NCBI GenBank assembly: GCA_963708075.1
Contig: OY970194.1
Coordinates: forward strand, 4,960,001 to 5,024,000
Direction: 5' to 3'
DNA from: Sedimentisphaerales bacterium
GTDB lineage: Bacteria > Planctomycetota > Phycisphaerae > Sedimentisphaerales > Anaerobacaceae
DNA length: 64,000 nucleotides
Shown here: positions 18,234 to 29,987 of the stretch, piece after piece
Numbering within the stretch: the stretch's first letter is position 1
Layout: each line of letters opens with the position of its first letter
Translations under genes and position numbers: made by a program
The notes under the pieces: model-generated
The model's database searches: none
Told to the model about the DNA's origin: nothing
What the model saw: only the letters and a program-made list of their open reading frames with translations

Positions 18234-19475
18234 TCAAGGCCTGTCCCGGCCGAGTTGCCCGGGCGGGCACTCCAGCACAACGGCGGCAAAGATCGCGACC
18301 ATCATGGCGACCACGAAGACGAGCAGGCTCATCCCGACCACGTGTTTGGGGACGGGATAGATCATGGGGCTCTCGCCCGCACGAGTGCTGACCAGGGCCA
18401 GGTTCTCCGTCCTGCGCATGTAGGATTTGAGAAAGTCGGCCTGTGCCCTGTCTTTGCACGCAAGCTGCTGTTCGCCCACGAAGCCGAGGAATTGCTGCAC
18501 CGTGTAGTGCGTCAGGATGCTCTGCTCGACCTGGTTGAGCAGCTTGCCGGCGAGATCGAGCACGCCGACACAGTAGGTGTACTTGCCCTCGCTGCCCTGA
18601 ATGGTTTCCTGTAAATCGATGATCTTGAATTGGGCTGCCTCGATCTGATAGCGCAGGGGCAGGAACTCCCGGCAACTGTTGACATCCGTGAACTGCAGGA
18701 CGAGACTGTCCCGGCCTATCTCGACTCGGCCGGGCTGGTCGCCCGACCCGGAGGCGGGGCCTTCCAGAGCCTTGAGCTTCTCCAATCGCTCCTGCTCCCT
18801 CTGGAGATCTATATCCAGCGTGAACCGACCATCTTCAATTTCCGCGGCGGTATCCTTGAGCTCGTGGATCAGCTCCTTGAGATCGCTGCGTATCGCGTAC
18901 ATGGGCAGCACACGCTCGAAGTTGCCCGTGACCACGGCGGCGATGGTTTCCACATCCTTGCGTGACCGGCCGGTGACCTGGACGGACAGAAGCTGCGCCT
19001 GGAAGGCACTGATCTTCTCAGACGTGGCAGGGTCCGTGGTCTGGAGACGCTTTGGATAGGCCGGAGAGGCGGTCAGCCGGATCAATTTCTCCAGTGAGCC
19101 TTCCGACCGGCAGTCGAGCAGCTCCCGGGCACACCGCATCAGCCCCTTCTCACGGAGCTGGCCGGCGACCTTCTCCAGATTCTCCAAGCTGTAGAATCGC
19201 CGCACGATGACATTATATTCGCTTTCCTTGGCCGGGTGCTCGTAGACGAAGGTAGCGGTGTACTTTCGGGGCCACAGGGACAGAAGCATGGCCGCCAGCA
19301 AGGCCGGAAGGAGCGAGCCGACCGCGATGAGCAGCCTCCGGCGCCAAAGCAGGTGCAGGAATGCCGCAGATGCGAGATTCGAATTCCGAAATTCGAGGTT
19401 GGACACGGTCCTTGTGTGGTCTACATCCTTCATAGGCAGGCACAGAAAACGCATCTCCCGGGCGGTTCGATTCAC
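18234..19475 (-). CDS. Wzz-like chain-length determinant
   Basis: N- and C-terminal TM segments around a coiled coil; PRKYTATF after TM1; start uncertain. Confidence 0.65.
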   Translation of the reverse strand: MNRTAREMRFLCLPMKDVDHTRTVSNLEFRNSNLASAAFLHLLWRRRLLIAVGSLLPALLAAMLLSLWPRKYTATFVYEHPAKESEYNVIVRRFYSLENLEKVAGQLREKGLMRCARELLDCRSEGSLEKLIRLTASPAYPKRLQTTDPATSEKISAFQAQLLSVQVTGRSRKDVETIAAVVTGNFERVLPMYAIRSDLKELIHELKDTAAEIEDGRFTLDIDLQREQERLEKLKALEGPASGSGDQPGRVEIGRDSLVLQFTDVNSCREFLPLRYQIEAAQFKIIDLQETIQGSEGKYTYCVGVLDLAGKLLNQVEQSILTHYTVQQFLGFVGEQQLACKDRAQADFLKSYMRRTENLALVSTRAGESPMIYPVPKHVVGMSLLVFVVAMMVAIFAAVVLECPPGQLGRDRP

Positions 19476-19891
19476 ATCTCCGTTTCACTCCCCTGCCAGG
19501 TGACTGAGGACAGGGCCGAGCCGTCACTGTAGTGGCCGCCCAAATCCATGTCAAGACATCGTTTATGTGTACGTGATCCCCCCGGTGGCACCGCCGAGAG
19601 CTTCGTCCTGGTGGTCACAGAGGTCGGGGCAACGTCTTCACCTCGCCCGCGATTGAGTCCCATAACGGCAACGGCCACTTCGTGGAAGGCTTCCTCGGTG
19701 TCACATCGACCGTCGGCATCACAGAGGCCCGCATCCGCGTCGTGGATGCAGGGACAGGCGAGGCTGCCCTGCGGGCCTTCGAACTCGATCATCTGCAGAT
19801 CGGCCAGCCGGTTCCTCTGGTTCCCGCTCGCGGTGCGATTCTTCCGGGCGGCCTGGGCGTCGGCCTGGGCGGGTATCTGCGACGACGTCAC
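19472..19891 (-). CDS. Possible hypothetical protein
   Basis: GTG start after GGGGGGAG; stop overlaps the next ORF start; no recognisable motif. Confidence 0.25.
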   Translation of the reverse strand: MTSSQIPAQADAQAARKNRTASGNQRNRLADLQMIEFEGPQGSLACPCIHDADAGLCDADGRCDTEEAFHEVAVAVMGLNRGRGEDVAPTSVTTRTKLSAVPPGGSRTHKRCLDMDLGGHYSDGSALSSVTWQGSETEM

Positions 19892-20174
19892 AGCCTATAA
19901 TCGTCTGTCTCCCCCCTATGCGCGCCCACGGCCGCGACAGGCCGCCGGTGACGGGAATGGCACGCGCCCGTTATCGGACATATCGGGCAGCGGAACCGGG
20001 CCGCAACGAGCAGAGCCCCCGACGTAATCTCCTGTATCCACACGGAGATTCATGCCCTCTTTGAGGAATCCCCTGGAATCCGCCGCCGGCTGCCCTGCCA
20101 GGCAGCCAATGCCATGCACTTAAGTCCCCTCCCAGGATGACCGACGATAGCAAGGCGGCAAGCAGGTATCTTTG

Positions 20175-20203
20175 TTGACAAATAAATAGGGCTCCTGTAT
20201 GAT
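20175..20203 (+). promoter_or_regulatory. Near-consensus sigma70 promoter for the DUF11 genes
   Basis: TTGACA (20175-20180), 17 nt, TATGAT (20198-20203). Confidence 0.7.
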
Positions 20204-20349
20204 ACAGTTGACTGATTATGGACGGGCGTGAAGAAAAGGACTCCTACTGATCATCCATGGATCCCGCCACACGGAAGTTCAATCGCGATAAGTGCGCAGA
20301 GTGCGCGCCCATCGCGTGTCGTGCAATTGAACATGGTGGGCTCAATATT

Positions 20350-22866
20350 ATGAAAAACAGAAGTAGCGCAACAGATTGCCACGGTCAGTTCATGCGTGTC
20401 GCCGTGGCGGCGATCCTGCTGGCGGGCACGGCGACGATGAGCCAGGCCAAGTCGCTGTATGTGATTGCCCAGAACCTCTACCTGGACCGTCCATTGCCGT
20501 TGCACGCGTACAATATTGGACCCGACGGCAGGCTGATGTTCCAGACCCAATACGGAATCCAGTCCGTAGCCGGCGGCGCAGTGGGGATCACCATCGACTC
20601 CGACTCGGGATCCCTGTTCATCACCTACGAGTTCACCAACGAGATCCGGGTGGTCGATGCCGTCACCATGGACGAACAGCTCATCGCCGTGGCCCAGGGG
20701 GCCTCGGACCTGGCCGGCATCGTATACGACCATGACAAGGGGCTGTTGTATGCGGTGGACCGTGAGAAGTCGAACTTGTACGCCTATCGGTGGCATCCAG
20801 ACACTGGCCAACTCAACAATGTGCAAGGCTCGCCGTTCGAACTCAAAGGCGCGGAGGCGTATGGAATCGCCCTGGATGAGATTGACGATCAACTCTACGT
20901 GGGCGGCCCCCGCAGGGAAGTGCTCGTGTATAACACGTCCGACTGGTCACTGGTTCGTACCATCCCTCTGAGTCGCACGGCCATCAGCGTCGCGGTGGAT
21001 GCGAAGCGCGGCTACCTCTACACCGGAGGCGGATACATCGGCAACTGGTATCTGACGCAATACAATCTCGTCACCGGCACGGAAGCCGAGACCCAGATCG
21101 CGCCGGACGCCGGCGTCATGGGTCTGGCGGTCGATCCTGCAACCGGCTTCATCTACGCCACCACCGGCCGGGACAACCTGCCTGGCGGCGATGACCTCCT
21201 GGTGTTCGACAGGAGCCTCCGGCAGATTCAGGTCTTTGAGGATATCGGCAGCGCCACCGGCATGGTGATCCCCGGCAAGGAGACCAGCTACAACCCGCTT
21301 CACCTGGTCAAGACCGTCGAGACGCCCTCCGCAGTCGTCAGCCCCGGCACCGTGCCCGAGATCCCCATCGGCGGCGAATTCACCTACAGCATCTGCTTCG
21401 ACCATGATGGATACACCCTGACGGACGTTGTCGTTACCGACACGCTGCCGCCGGAAGTGACGTTCGTGCGAGCAGACGACAACGGGAATGGGACTTCCGG
21501 CCGCTATGATTCCCAAATGCACACGTACACGTGGCAGGATCCGCCCCTATCGACGGGGCCGACGACCTGCCTGAGACTCGTCGTGCGGGTCAAGCCGGAT
21601 ATTCCTGTTGGAACCTTCGTGTTCAACTCCGTGACGATCGACACAGCCCAGACGCCGCCCACCACGATCACCACGGAGGCCCTCGCGGCGGTGATTGCGC
21701 TGCCGTTCAGTCCCCTCAGCCTGACCAAGACCATCGTCAGCGGCGCGGATGCAAATGATCCCAGCGGCACCGTGTACGCCAATCCAGGCGACCTTATCAC
21801 CTATCGGATCTGCTACGGCAACGAGGCGAACACCCAGCCCGTGACGAATGTCACGATCGTCGACCCCCTGCCCACACAACTCATCTTCGAACCCGCCGCC
21901 AACCGGTCGGTCATTTATGATGAACGGAATCGTATCTGCACGTGGTCCTTCCAATCGCTGGCCCCGGGACAGACCGGCTGCGTCGATCTGGTCGTGCGGA
22001 TAGCCAGGGACACCCCTGGGGGCCAGGAGATCACGAATCTCGTTACGATTGACAGCGACGAGACGGCTTCCACGGCCAGGCCCGCGGTCGTAGTCACCTC
22101 GGATAACCCGTTGCGACTGACCAAAACGATCAAGAGCGGCGCCTTCGAGGACCCGAAGGTCAGAGGCCGGCTTCTCGTGAATCCGGGGACCGATCTCACC
22201 TATGAGATTTGTATCGCAAACCCTTCCACCCGCACAGTGACCCAGATCTCGATCATCGACTACCTGCCAAGGTCGGTGAGATTTGTGGGAGATCCCGATG
22301 ACAGATCCTACGACCCCGACCGCCATACCTACACGTGGTTCTACGACTCGCTGGCGCCGGGGGACGAGAAGTGCTGGCAGCTTGTCGTCCACGTGCCGGA
22401 GGAAACACTGCCGAGTACCGTCATCAGCAACACGGCCACGGCGTACGCCTGGCAAACGCAGACGGTGACGACGAAGGTCGATGTGAATATCCCGGATGAG
22501 CCGGTGGAGCCGCTGGAGGACCCGGTGGGCTGCTCTCTGCTGCTCAAGCCCACGAAGCTGTACAGGAACCTGCACGAGCAGCCGACGGAACTGATGGCCG
22601 TGCTGCATATGCCGGAAGGGTGCGGAAAGCAGATGATCGCCAACCGGCCGCTGATCCTCACGCCGGGCGCTATCCCCGCACAACCTCGGCGCATTTTCGG
22701 CACCACCAGCGCGGGGGCGGTCATGGCGTTCTTCGATCCGCAGGCCCTGCTGGCGGCCACCACGGTCAACGGTTATCTCACGGTGACGGTGACCGGGCAG
22801 CTTACGGACGGCCGATCCTTCCAGGGCCATCAGGACATACAAATCTTCCGATCCAGCGAGGAGTAA
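20350..22866 (+). CDS. Secreted beta-propeller plus 3 x DUF11 repeat surface protein (paralog 1)
   Basis: Signal peptide; GIT.D/GIALD/GLAVD blades; L.LTK...GD.ITY.I...N...V.I.D.LP DUF11 repeats. Confidence 0.85.
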   Translation: MKNRSSATDCHGQFMRVAVAAILLAGTATMSQAKSLYVIAQNLYLDRPLPLHAYNIGPDGRLMFQTQYGIQSVAGGAVGITIDSDSGSLFITYEFTNEIRVVDAVTMDEQLIAVAQGASDLAGIVYDHDKGLLYAVDREKSNLYAYRWHPDTGQLNNVQGSPFELKGAEAYGIALDEIDDQLYVGGPRREVLVYNTSDWSLVRTIPLSRTAISVAVDAKRGYLYTGGGYIGNWYLTQYNLVTGTEAETQIAPDAGVMGLAVDPATGFIYATTGRDNLPGGDDLLVFDRSLRQIQVFEDIGSATGMVIPGKETSYNPLHLVKTVETPSAVVSPGTVPEIPIGGEFTYSICFDHDGYTLTDVVVTDTLPPEVTFVRADDNGNGTSGRYDSQMHTYTWQDPPLSTGPTTCLRLVVRVKPDIPVGTFVFNSVTIDTAQTPPTTITTEALAAVIALPFSPLSLTKTIVSGADANDPSGTVYANPGDLITYRICYGNEANTQPVTNVTIVDPLPTQLIFEPAANRSVIYDERNRICTWSFQSLAPGQTGCVDLVVRIARDTPGGQEITNLVTIDSDETASTARPAVVVTSDNPLRLTKTIKSGAFEDPKVRGRLLVNPGTDLTYEICIANPSTRTVTQISIIDYLPRSVRFVGDPDDRSYDPDRHTYTWFYDSLAPGDEKCWQLVVHVPEETLPSTVISNTATAYAWQTQTVTTKVDVNIPDEPVEPLEDPVGCSLLLKPTKLYRNLHEQPTELMAVLHMPEGCGKQMIANRPLILTPGAIPAQPRRIFGTTSAGAVMAFFDPQALLAATTVNGYLTVTVTGQLTDGRSFQGHQDIQIFRSSEE

Positions 22867-22944
22867 ATGTCGCTATCGCTGGCGGAGGAGTCTTCGCGCT
22901 CCTGAACCGAGCGCGCATAGTGCAGTTCACAGGAGAACTCAACT

Positions 22945-25900
22945 ATGAAGAACCGAAGTAGAACAACTGTTTGCCGCAGTCGTTTTTTATGGGCCGTTCT
23001 GGTCGCGATTCTATTGCCGAGCCCTGCGCCAACGCAGGCCAAATCGCTGTACGTGATTGCCCAGAACCTCTACCTGGACCGTCCGTTGCCGTTGCACGCC
23101 TACGATATCGGGCCCGACGGCCGGCTGACGTTCCAGACCCAATACGGAATCCAGTCTGTAGCCGGCGGCGCCGTGGGGATCACCATCGACTCCGACTCGG
23201 GATCCCTGTTCATCACCTATGAGTTCACCAACGAGATCCGGGTCGTCGATGCCGTCACCATGGACGAACAGCTCATCGCCGTGGCCCAGGGAGCCATAGA
23301 CCTGGCCGGCATTGTGTACGACCACGACAAGGGGCTGCTGTATGCGGTGGACCGCGAAGAGCCGAACTTGTACGTCTATCGGTGGGACGCAAGCCGCGGC
23401 CAACTCAACAACGTGCAAGGCTCGCCGTTCGAGCTCAAGGGCGCGGAGGCCTATGGAATCGCTCTGGATGAGATTGAGGATCAGCTCTACGTGGGCGGCC
23501 CCAGCAAGCAAGTGCTCGTCTACAACACGTCCGACTGGTCACTGGTTCGTACCATCCCTCTGCACCGCACGGCCATCAGCGTCGCCGTGGATGCCAAGAG
23601 GCGTTACCTCTACACCGGAGGCGGATACATCGGTAACTGGTATCTGACGCAATACAATCTCAGCACGGGGGTCGAGACGGAGACTCTGATTGCCCCTGAC
23701 GCCGGAGTCATGGGTCTGGCAGTAGATCCTGCAACCGGTTTCGTCTATGCCACGACCGGCCGGGATAACATGCCCGGCGGTGATGACCTCCTGGTGTTTG
23801 ACAGGACCCTCAGGCAGATCCAGGCCATCGAGGATATCGGCAGCGCCACCGGCATCGTGATCCCCGGCAAGGAGACCAGTTATAACCCGCTTCACCTTGT
23901 CAAGACCGTCGAGACCACGTCAGGGACTGTCACCCCCGGCACGGTCCAGGAGATTCCCCTCGGCCGGGAATTCACCTACAGCATCTGTTTCGACCACGAC
24001 GGGTATACCCTGACGGACGTCGTCGTTACCGACACGTTGCCGCCGGAAGTAACATGGATCCGGGCAGACTACAACGGTGGTCCCGGCCAATATGACCCCG
24101 ACAAACACACGTACACGTGGCGTAACGCGCCCCTGTCCATGGGTCCGACGACGTGTCTGGAACTCGTTGCACGACTCAAGCCGGAGGTCACTGCCGGCAC
24201 CGTTGTGCGCAACTCCGTGACTATCGACACGGGCCAGACGCCACCCACCACCTTCAACATGGATGCCGTCGCGGCTGAGATCGCACAGCCGTTCAGTCCT
24301 CTCGGCGGGAGCAAGGAGGCCCTGGGCGGCGCGACCACAAGCGGCCCCGGCGGCACTACGTACGCCAACGCAGGCGACCTCGTCACCTACCTGATCTGCT
24401 ACAACAACGAGGCGAACACACAGGCGGTGACCAACGTCACCATCACCGATCCCCTGCCCCAGGGACTCATTTTCGAGCCCGACGAAAACCTGCTGGTACG
24501 GTATGACGAAGACACCCGCACCTGCACGTGGTCCGTTCCGTCGCTTGTGGGTGGAGGCAGCGGCTGCGTCGATCTGATCGTGCGGGTGGCCGGGGATATC
24601 CCCACGGGCACCGTGATCACGAATTCCGTCTTGATTGACAGCGACGAGACGGACGAGGCCACCATCAACGCGGGCCCCATCACGGCGGTGGTCCCGCAAC
24701 CATTCAGTCCGCTGAGCCTGAGCAAGGCCGCCGTCGCCGGCGTGGACGCGAACGACCCCACCGGCATCGTGTACGCCAATGCGGGCGACCTCGTCACCTA
24801 TCGGATCTCGTACGACAGCGGCGCGAACACGCAGACCATGACCAATGTCACGATCGTCGACTTCCTGCCCCCGGAGCTTGTTTTCGAACCCGATCTCAAT
24901 CCGTCCGCCCGCTACGACGAGAGGGGCCTGACCTGCACATGGTCCTTCCAGTCGCTGACGCCGGGACGGCCCGGGTCCGTCGATCTGGTGGTGCGAGTGG
25001 CCGGCGATACCCGTGCGGGCGCAGAGATCACGAATTCCGCAAGGATTACCAGCGACCAGACGGAACCGACGGACGCTGAGGCGCACGCCATCACCGTGGT
25101 GAGGCCGGAGGGATTCCGCCCGTTGAGCCTGCGTAAGGCCGTCGTTCCCGCGGTGGATGCAAACAACCCTTCCGGCTCCGTGTATCCCAAGGCAGGCGAC
25201 CTCGTCACCTACGAGATCTGCTATGGCAACGAGGCGAACACACAGGCCGTGACCAACGTCACGATTGTCGATTCCTTGCCCCCGCAGCTCATTTTTGAAC
25301 CTACCGGCAACCAGTCGACGCGCTACGATGAACAGAATCGTACCTGTACGTGGTCCCTCCCATCCCTGGACCCGGGACGGACCGGCTGCGTCGAGTTGGT
25401 CGTGCGGGTAGCCGGGGATGTTGCCGGGGGCACGGAGATCACGAATCTTGTTACGATTGACAGTGACGAGACGGCTCCCACGACCATCTCTGCGGTCATC
25501 GTCACCGCGGATGAACCTCTGCGATTGACCAAGCGAATCAAGAGCGGCGCTTTCGAGGACCCGGACATCAGAGGCCGACTTCTCGTCAATCCGGGAACCG
25601 ATCTCACCTATGAGATCTGTCTCGCCAACACCTCTACCACCAGCACGGTGACTCAGGTTCTCGATCATCGATGACCTGCCGTGGCCGGTGACATTTGTCA
25701 GCGCGACGGGAGATCCGAATCAAACGTACTACGATTTCCGCAGCCACACCTACACGCGGTTCTATGACTCGCTGGCGCCGGGCGCCAACAACTGCTGGGA
25801 CCTGGTCGTGCACGTGCCGCAGGATATAGCCCCGGGCACTCTCATCAGCAACATGGCCACGGTGTACGCCCGGGAAACCCGGACGGTCACGACGACGGTC

Positions 25901-26287
25901 GATGTGAATACCCCGGATGAGCCGGTGGAGCCGCTGGGGGACCCGGTGGGTTGCTATCTGCTCCTCAAGCCGACGAAGCTGTACCGGGACCTGCGTAAGC
26001 AGCCGACGGATCTCATGGCAGTTCTGCATCTGCCGGAGGGATGCGGCAAGCAGATGATCGTCAACCAGCCGCTGATCCTCACGCCGGGCGATCTCTCCGC
26101 ACCGCCGCTGCGCATCTTCGGCACTACGACCGCCGGGGCAGTCATGGTGTTCTTCGATCCGGACGACCTGCTGGCGGCCACCACGGTCAACGGCTATCTC
26201 ACGGTGACGGTAACCGGGCAGCTCACGGATGGGCGGTCCTTTGAGGGCCACCAGGATATCCAGATCTTCAGATCCAGCGAGGAGTAA
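22945..26287 (+). CDS. Secreted beta-propeller plus 5 x DUF11 repeat protein (paralog 2), +1 frameshift at about 25658
   Basis: Near-identical to paralog 1 at both ends; removing one T from GGTTCTC (25656-25662) joins ORFs 22945 and 25688 as VTQVSIIDDLP (paralog 1 has VTQISIIDYLP). Confidence 0.85.
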
Positions 26288-26356
26288 GCCGTCATTGTCA
26301 CCGGCGGAGGGATTTCTGCCGGCGCAGAATGACTGCGCATGTGTCGGGATGGAAAA

Positions 26357-26443
26357 CGGAGAGGGCGGGATTCGAACCCGCGGTGCCCCGTAGAGCACAC
26401 TGGTTTTCGAAACCAGCTCGATCAGCCACTCCGACACCTCTCC
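26357..26443 (-). tRNA. tRNA-Ser (anticodon CGA)
   Basis: GGAGAGG acceptor stem, anticodon arm CTGGT-TTCGAAA-ACCAG, long variable arm, GGTTCGAATCC T-loop, discriminator G; CCA not encoded. Confidence 0.95.
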
Positions 26444-26593
26444 GTGCCGAAACACGGGCAAACGCCGCAGACGATGCGCGACCATCCGCCCCTAACTGCC
26501 GATTTCATTGTATCTTACATCCACGCCAAGGCAAGCAGAAAAACCCCCTTGCGGCCCGTGCGACTACATTTCGTGGGGAAAACAGCGCTCATT

Positions 26594-26687
26594 TGTCATG
26601 CTGAACGAAGTGAAGCATCCGGGCAACGAACGTGACCAACGCTCGTTCTCCTGTTCGGGCCAGATCCTTCGCTGCGCCCAAGATGAC
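26594..26687. repeat. TGTC/CGTC-type REP doublet, copy 1
   Basis: TGTCATGCTGAACGAAGTGAAGCATC ... GATCCTTCGCTGCGCCCAAGATGAC; inverted sibling at 37355. Confidence 0.85.
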
Positions 26688-26768
26688 CGGGTCCACGCAA
26701 GGGGTTGTGGTTGGGCATGGCGCCATGGCGACCCACGAAGCTTAGTCGTATGCCACGGCCTGGGGAGG

Positions 26769-28275
26769 TTACCAGGCGTAACGGACTTTGTAGGTAACAG
26801 TCTTCTCCTGGCCGGCGGGGACCTGGACGCGGAACTCGACGGTCTGGCTGTCGATCTTGGTGAAAGGGTCCGACTTTTCAGCGATCTCCCAGGTGCTCCA
26901 GCGGTACAGGTGCTCGACGACGCGGAGTTCGACGGTGCCATCCTCTTTGCGGTTGCGGAGCTTGATCTCGAAGGCCTCATTGAGCCCGTGGCGAGCGGAA
27001 TCGACCTGGAAGTCCGTCCTGCGTCGCTCGCCTACGAGGTCGAAGGCGTCGCCCGTACGAACGCGAATCGTCTCATCCCGCGGCGTGTGATCGATTGTGT
27101 TCTCGCCAACGAACTCCAGTTGGCCGTCGTCGTCCTGGCGGTAGAATCGCATCCGCCCCCTCGGCAGGGGAATCCCCAGGTGGTTCTCCTTGGAATTCCT
27201 GATTTCTTTCATCACCCACACTTTGGGATTGGATGCTGTGCCGAGGTCGGACTCTTGTCGCGGACCTCCGAGCGAGCGATACAGTCTCGGATTGATCCTG
27301 GCCCCATCGTAGACGTAGGTACGCTGGCTCTGAGCGCCCTCGGCGCGGAGGAACTCGACCTGCTTGGTTTCGCCGTCGTGCAGCGTGGTCGGGCGGCTCA
27401 GAGTGTAGAGATGGTATTCCTCGAACGCCTTCTCCGACACGACAGGCGTCATGTCGGCATCGGCCATGGCGACGCCTCCCATTCCGCCGTAGCCGCCCAT
27501 CTCCTCCCGAACCTTGCTGACGTCGCCGGCCATGAGCTTGATGCGGGCATTCTCGAAGGTCGTGCCGGTTCTCGTTCTCGACGGTCACCCAGCCTATCAT
27601 GTCGATCTGATCGCTCTGGTCCCGGGCCACAACGCTGTAGTCCGCTTCCCAGCTCATTCCGCCGGTGACGTAGCTCAGCTCCGCGTCGAGTTTGCCGGGC
27701 TGGTCCGCCTGGAGGACCCAGTGAAGCGTCGGTTTGAGAATGGTGTCATCCCTCAACGATGGGAACAACGGCTCGCCGGGCAGGCTGAAACGCAGCTTGC
27801 CGTCGACCTCGATGATGGGTTGGCCGGCCGGCTGATCCGGGTAGCCGTCCTCTCCCGACACGTACAGATATTCGTCGGGGTTGCCAGGCCGGCGCTCGTA
27901 CCCGCTGCGTACGACCTTGCCACGAACGATCTCGTCGCTGCGGCCTTCTTTCTTGACGAGAAACTCGATCTCATAGCCTTCATACAGGGACAGGAGCAAT
28001 CCCTGCGAGACCGGATCGGCCCGATAGTTCTGCTCGAGGATCCGGATGGCGTGCTCACCCTTAGGATCCCGCAAGATCACGGAGTCAGGCTCCAGGTGGG
28101 CGGTGACGTCTGTCACGCGCACCTCGTTGATGCCCGCCGTCAGGTCGAGCGCCAGCGGTCGGCGCACCACGGCAAAATCCTGGTTGTAGATCGTCAGGGA
28201 CGGCTCGGCCGCCGCAACGCCGACAAAGCCCAGTAGAATGCCAACGACAATCGAGGTGTACCTGCTCTGATGCAT
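26769..28275 (-). CDS. DUF4139 domain protein, +1 frameshift at about 27570
   Basis: Signal peptide, LTIYNQDFAVVR, LSY.TGG.SW.ADY, EYHLYTL, PLP.G.MRFY; one-base removal gives VTVENETGTTFENARIKLMAGDV. Confidence 0.85.
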
Positions 28276-28615
28276 GGTGTTCTCCCTTCCTTTCTATCTC
28301 ATATATGTCCGGTTCCACAGCGCGAGGTTTCTCGCCGCCTGCCGCCTTCATGATGAGGCTGTCAATTGCGGCGCGCATCATACGACAATAGCGCAAGAAT
28401 CGCAATGATAGGGCGGTGAGCGGACTTGTCGGGTTCGATCGTCATTGGGTGGCGGATTCGGGCTCCGCGTAGGACGAGCGTCCTCGCTCGTCCCTTTTGG
28501 GCTGTGACCTTACACAACAGGCAGTCTGCTGCAAGGGCTTGGATGGGTCGTGCGGGGACGCACGACCTACGAAGAGACTCGCGATTGCCACCATGTTCCG
28601 ACCGCACCCGACTTG

Positions 28616-29554
28616 TCAGCGGGCGGCGTTTCGGGGGATGTAGTACAGGCCCGGGCTGGGACCGCCGTCCTCAAACGGCGGGACCCCTTCGGGGGACTTC
28701 GATACGCGCATGGGGATTGCCTCGGATGGCAAGTACGTCTCTACGTGGCCGTCGGTGTAGCCGGCCCGCAGCTTCACGTCGGCCACCCTGTTCGGGTCGC
28801 CGTCGGCCTTCCACCACGCGGAGGTCAACTGGGTCTCCGGGTCGATTTCCCCCCCGCCGAGCCTCTCGCAACTGGCGAAGGCATCGGGCGTCCGCCAGTG
28901 CCCGTAGCCGAAGTAATCGGTGACCAGCAGGCGGCTCTGGCTGCCGGCGGAGGCGGGAGTCCGCGGGCCGCGGAACAGACGGGGGCCCTCCCCGAGATAG
29001 CCGATGTAGCCCCAGTAGAAGCAGTAGGTGCCGCTGAGCGGGTCAGTCGGCGTGGGCGTGTCCGGGTTGTCCCAGTCATCGCCGGCGTCCCAGGCCTCCT
29101 GCAGGTACTGGTACTTCTGCGGGGCGTTCGGACAGAACATCGTCTCCGCGTCGGTAATGTAGTTTCGCAGGTAGGCGCTCATCGAGCGGTGGATCTGGGG
29201 GCTGCGTTTGTCGATACCGATCAGGCGGGTGCTGTCGGACCAGTTCCACGCATCGCCAACCCCGACGGTGGCCACGGACGGGGGGTAGAGATCGTCATTA
29301 TCCGAGGCGTACAGATTGACGCTGTTGGTGACTTCCCGTTGGTTGCGCATGCTGATCAAGGTGTAGGCCTGGCGGCGGGCGCCGTTGATGGCCGGCACCG
29401 CGATGGCAAGCAACACGGAAATAATCGAGATGACCACAAGCAGTTCAACGAGCGTGAACGCTTTCACCCCGCCGGTTGCGACCGAGATGTGATGGCACCT
29501 CGTGTCGATCTCCAAATCCTCCGAATCCAGAGTCACAAGTCCTGAGCCGGTCAC
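28616..29554 (-). CDS. Prepilin-type N-terminal cleavage/methylation domain protein (planctomycete type)
   Basis: AFTLVELLVVISIISVLLAIAVP..ARRQA; C-terminal AGYTDGHVE; start uncertain. Confidence 0.85.
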   Translation of the reverse strand: MTGSGLVTLDSEDLEIDTRCHHISVATGGVKAFTLVELLVVISIISVLLAIAVPAINGARRQAYTLISMRNQREVTNSVNLYASDNDDLYPPSVATVGVGDAWNWSDSTRLIGIDKRSPQIHRSMSAYLRNYITDAETMFCPNAPQKYQYLQEAWDAGDDWDNPDTPTPTDPLSGTYCFYWGYIGYLGEGPRLFRGPRTPASAGSQSRLLVTDYFGYGHWRTPDAFASCERLGGGEIDPETQLTSAWWKADGDPNRVADVKLRAGYTDGHVETYLPSEAIPMRVSKSPEGVPPFEDGGPSPGLYYIPRNAAR

Positions 29555-29987
29555 CCTTTAGCACCGGTTTCAAGCCCCGGGACTCACTTTTCTCCATTTA
29601 CCTGCCGAGACTCTGACTTACTGCCAATTATATGCCACTGCGGCAACGCTGGCAAGCAGAATCGGCCCTCGCGGGCCATTTTTCCACGCTGCCGCAAGTC
29701 CCTGCATACACGTAAGATAGCGCACCAACCGCTACTCATACATGAGAAATTCAGTTATTTCCGTCCTATAGTACCTCGTGACAACAGCGCGTGTTCGCAA
29801 AAACGATGAAGGAGAGCGCGTGCAGGGCTGGGAGAGTCGCCATGTCAGCCCTGCACTGCTCTCCTGCCACCTCCTGCCGGTGTTTCCACCAGCCCTCCTG
29901 TTCCCACCACTCACGAGTGTGCCGCGGCGGCAGGAGAGTCCTTTTCCTGCACCGCACGATCACCTCAACCGAAGCCTTGATATATTC

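Noticed and set aside
20350..26287. DUF11 paralogs as a diversity-generating retroelement or shufflon
   Set aside because: No reverse transcriptase or recombinase nearby, and differences are not confined to adenines.
26357..26443. tRNA-Ser as the attachment site of a genomic island
   Set aside because: No integrase and no duplicated tRNA 3' end seen in the window.
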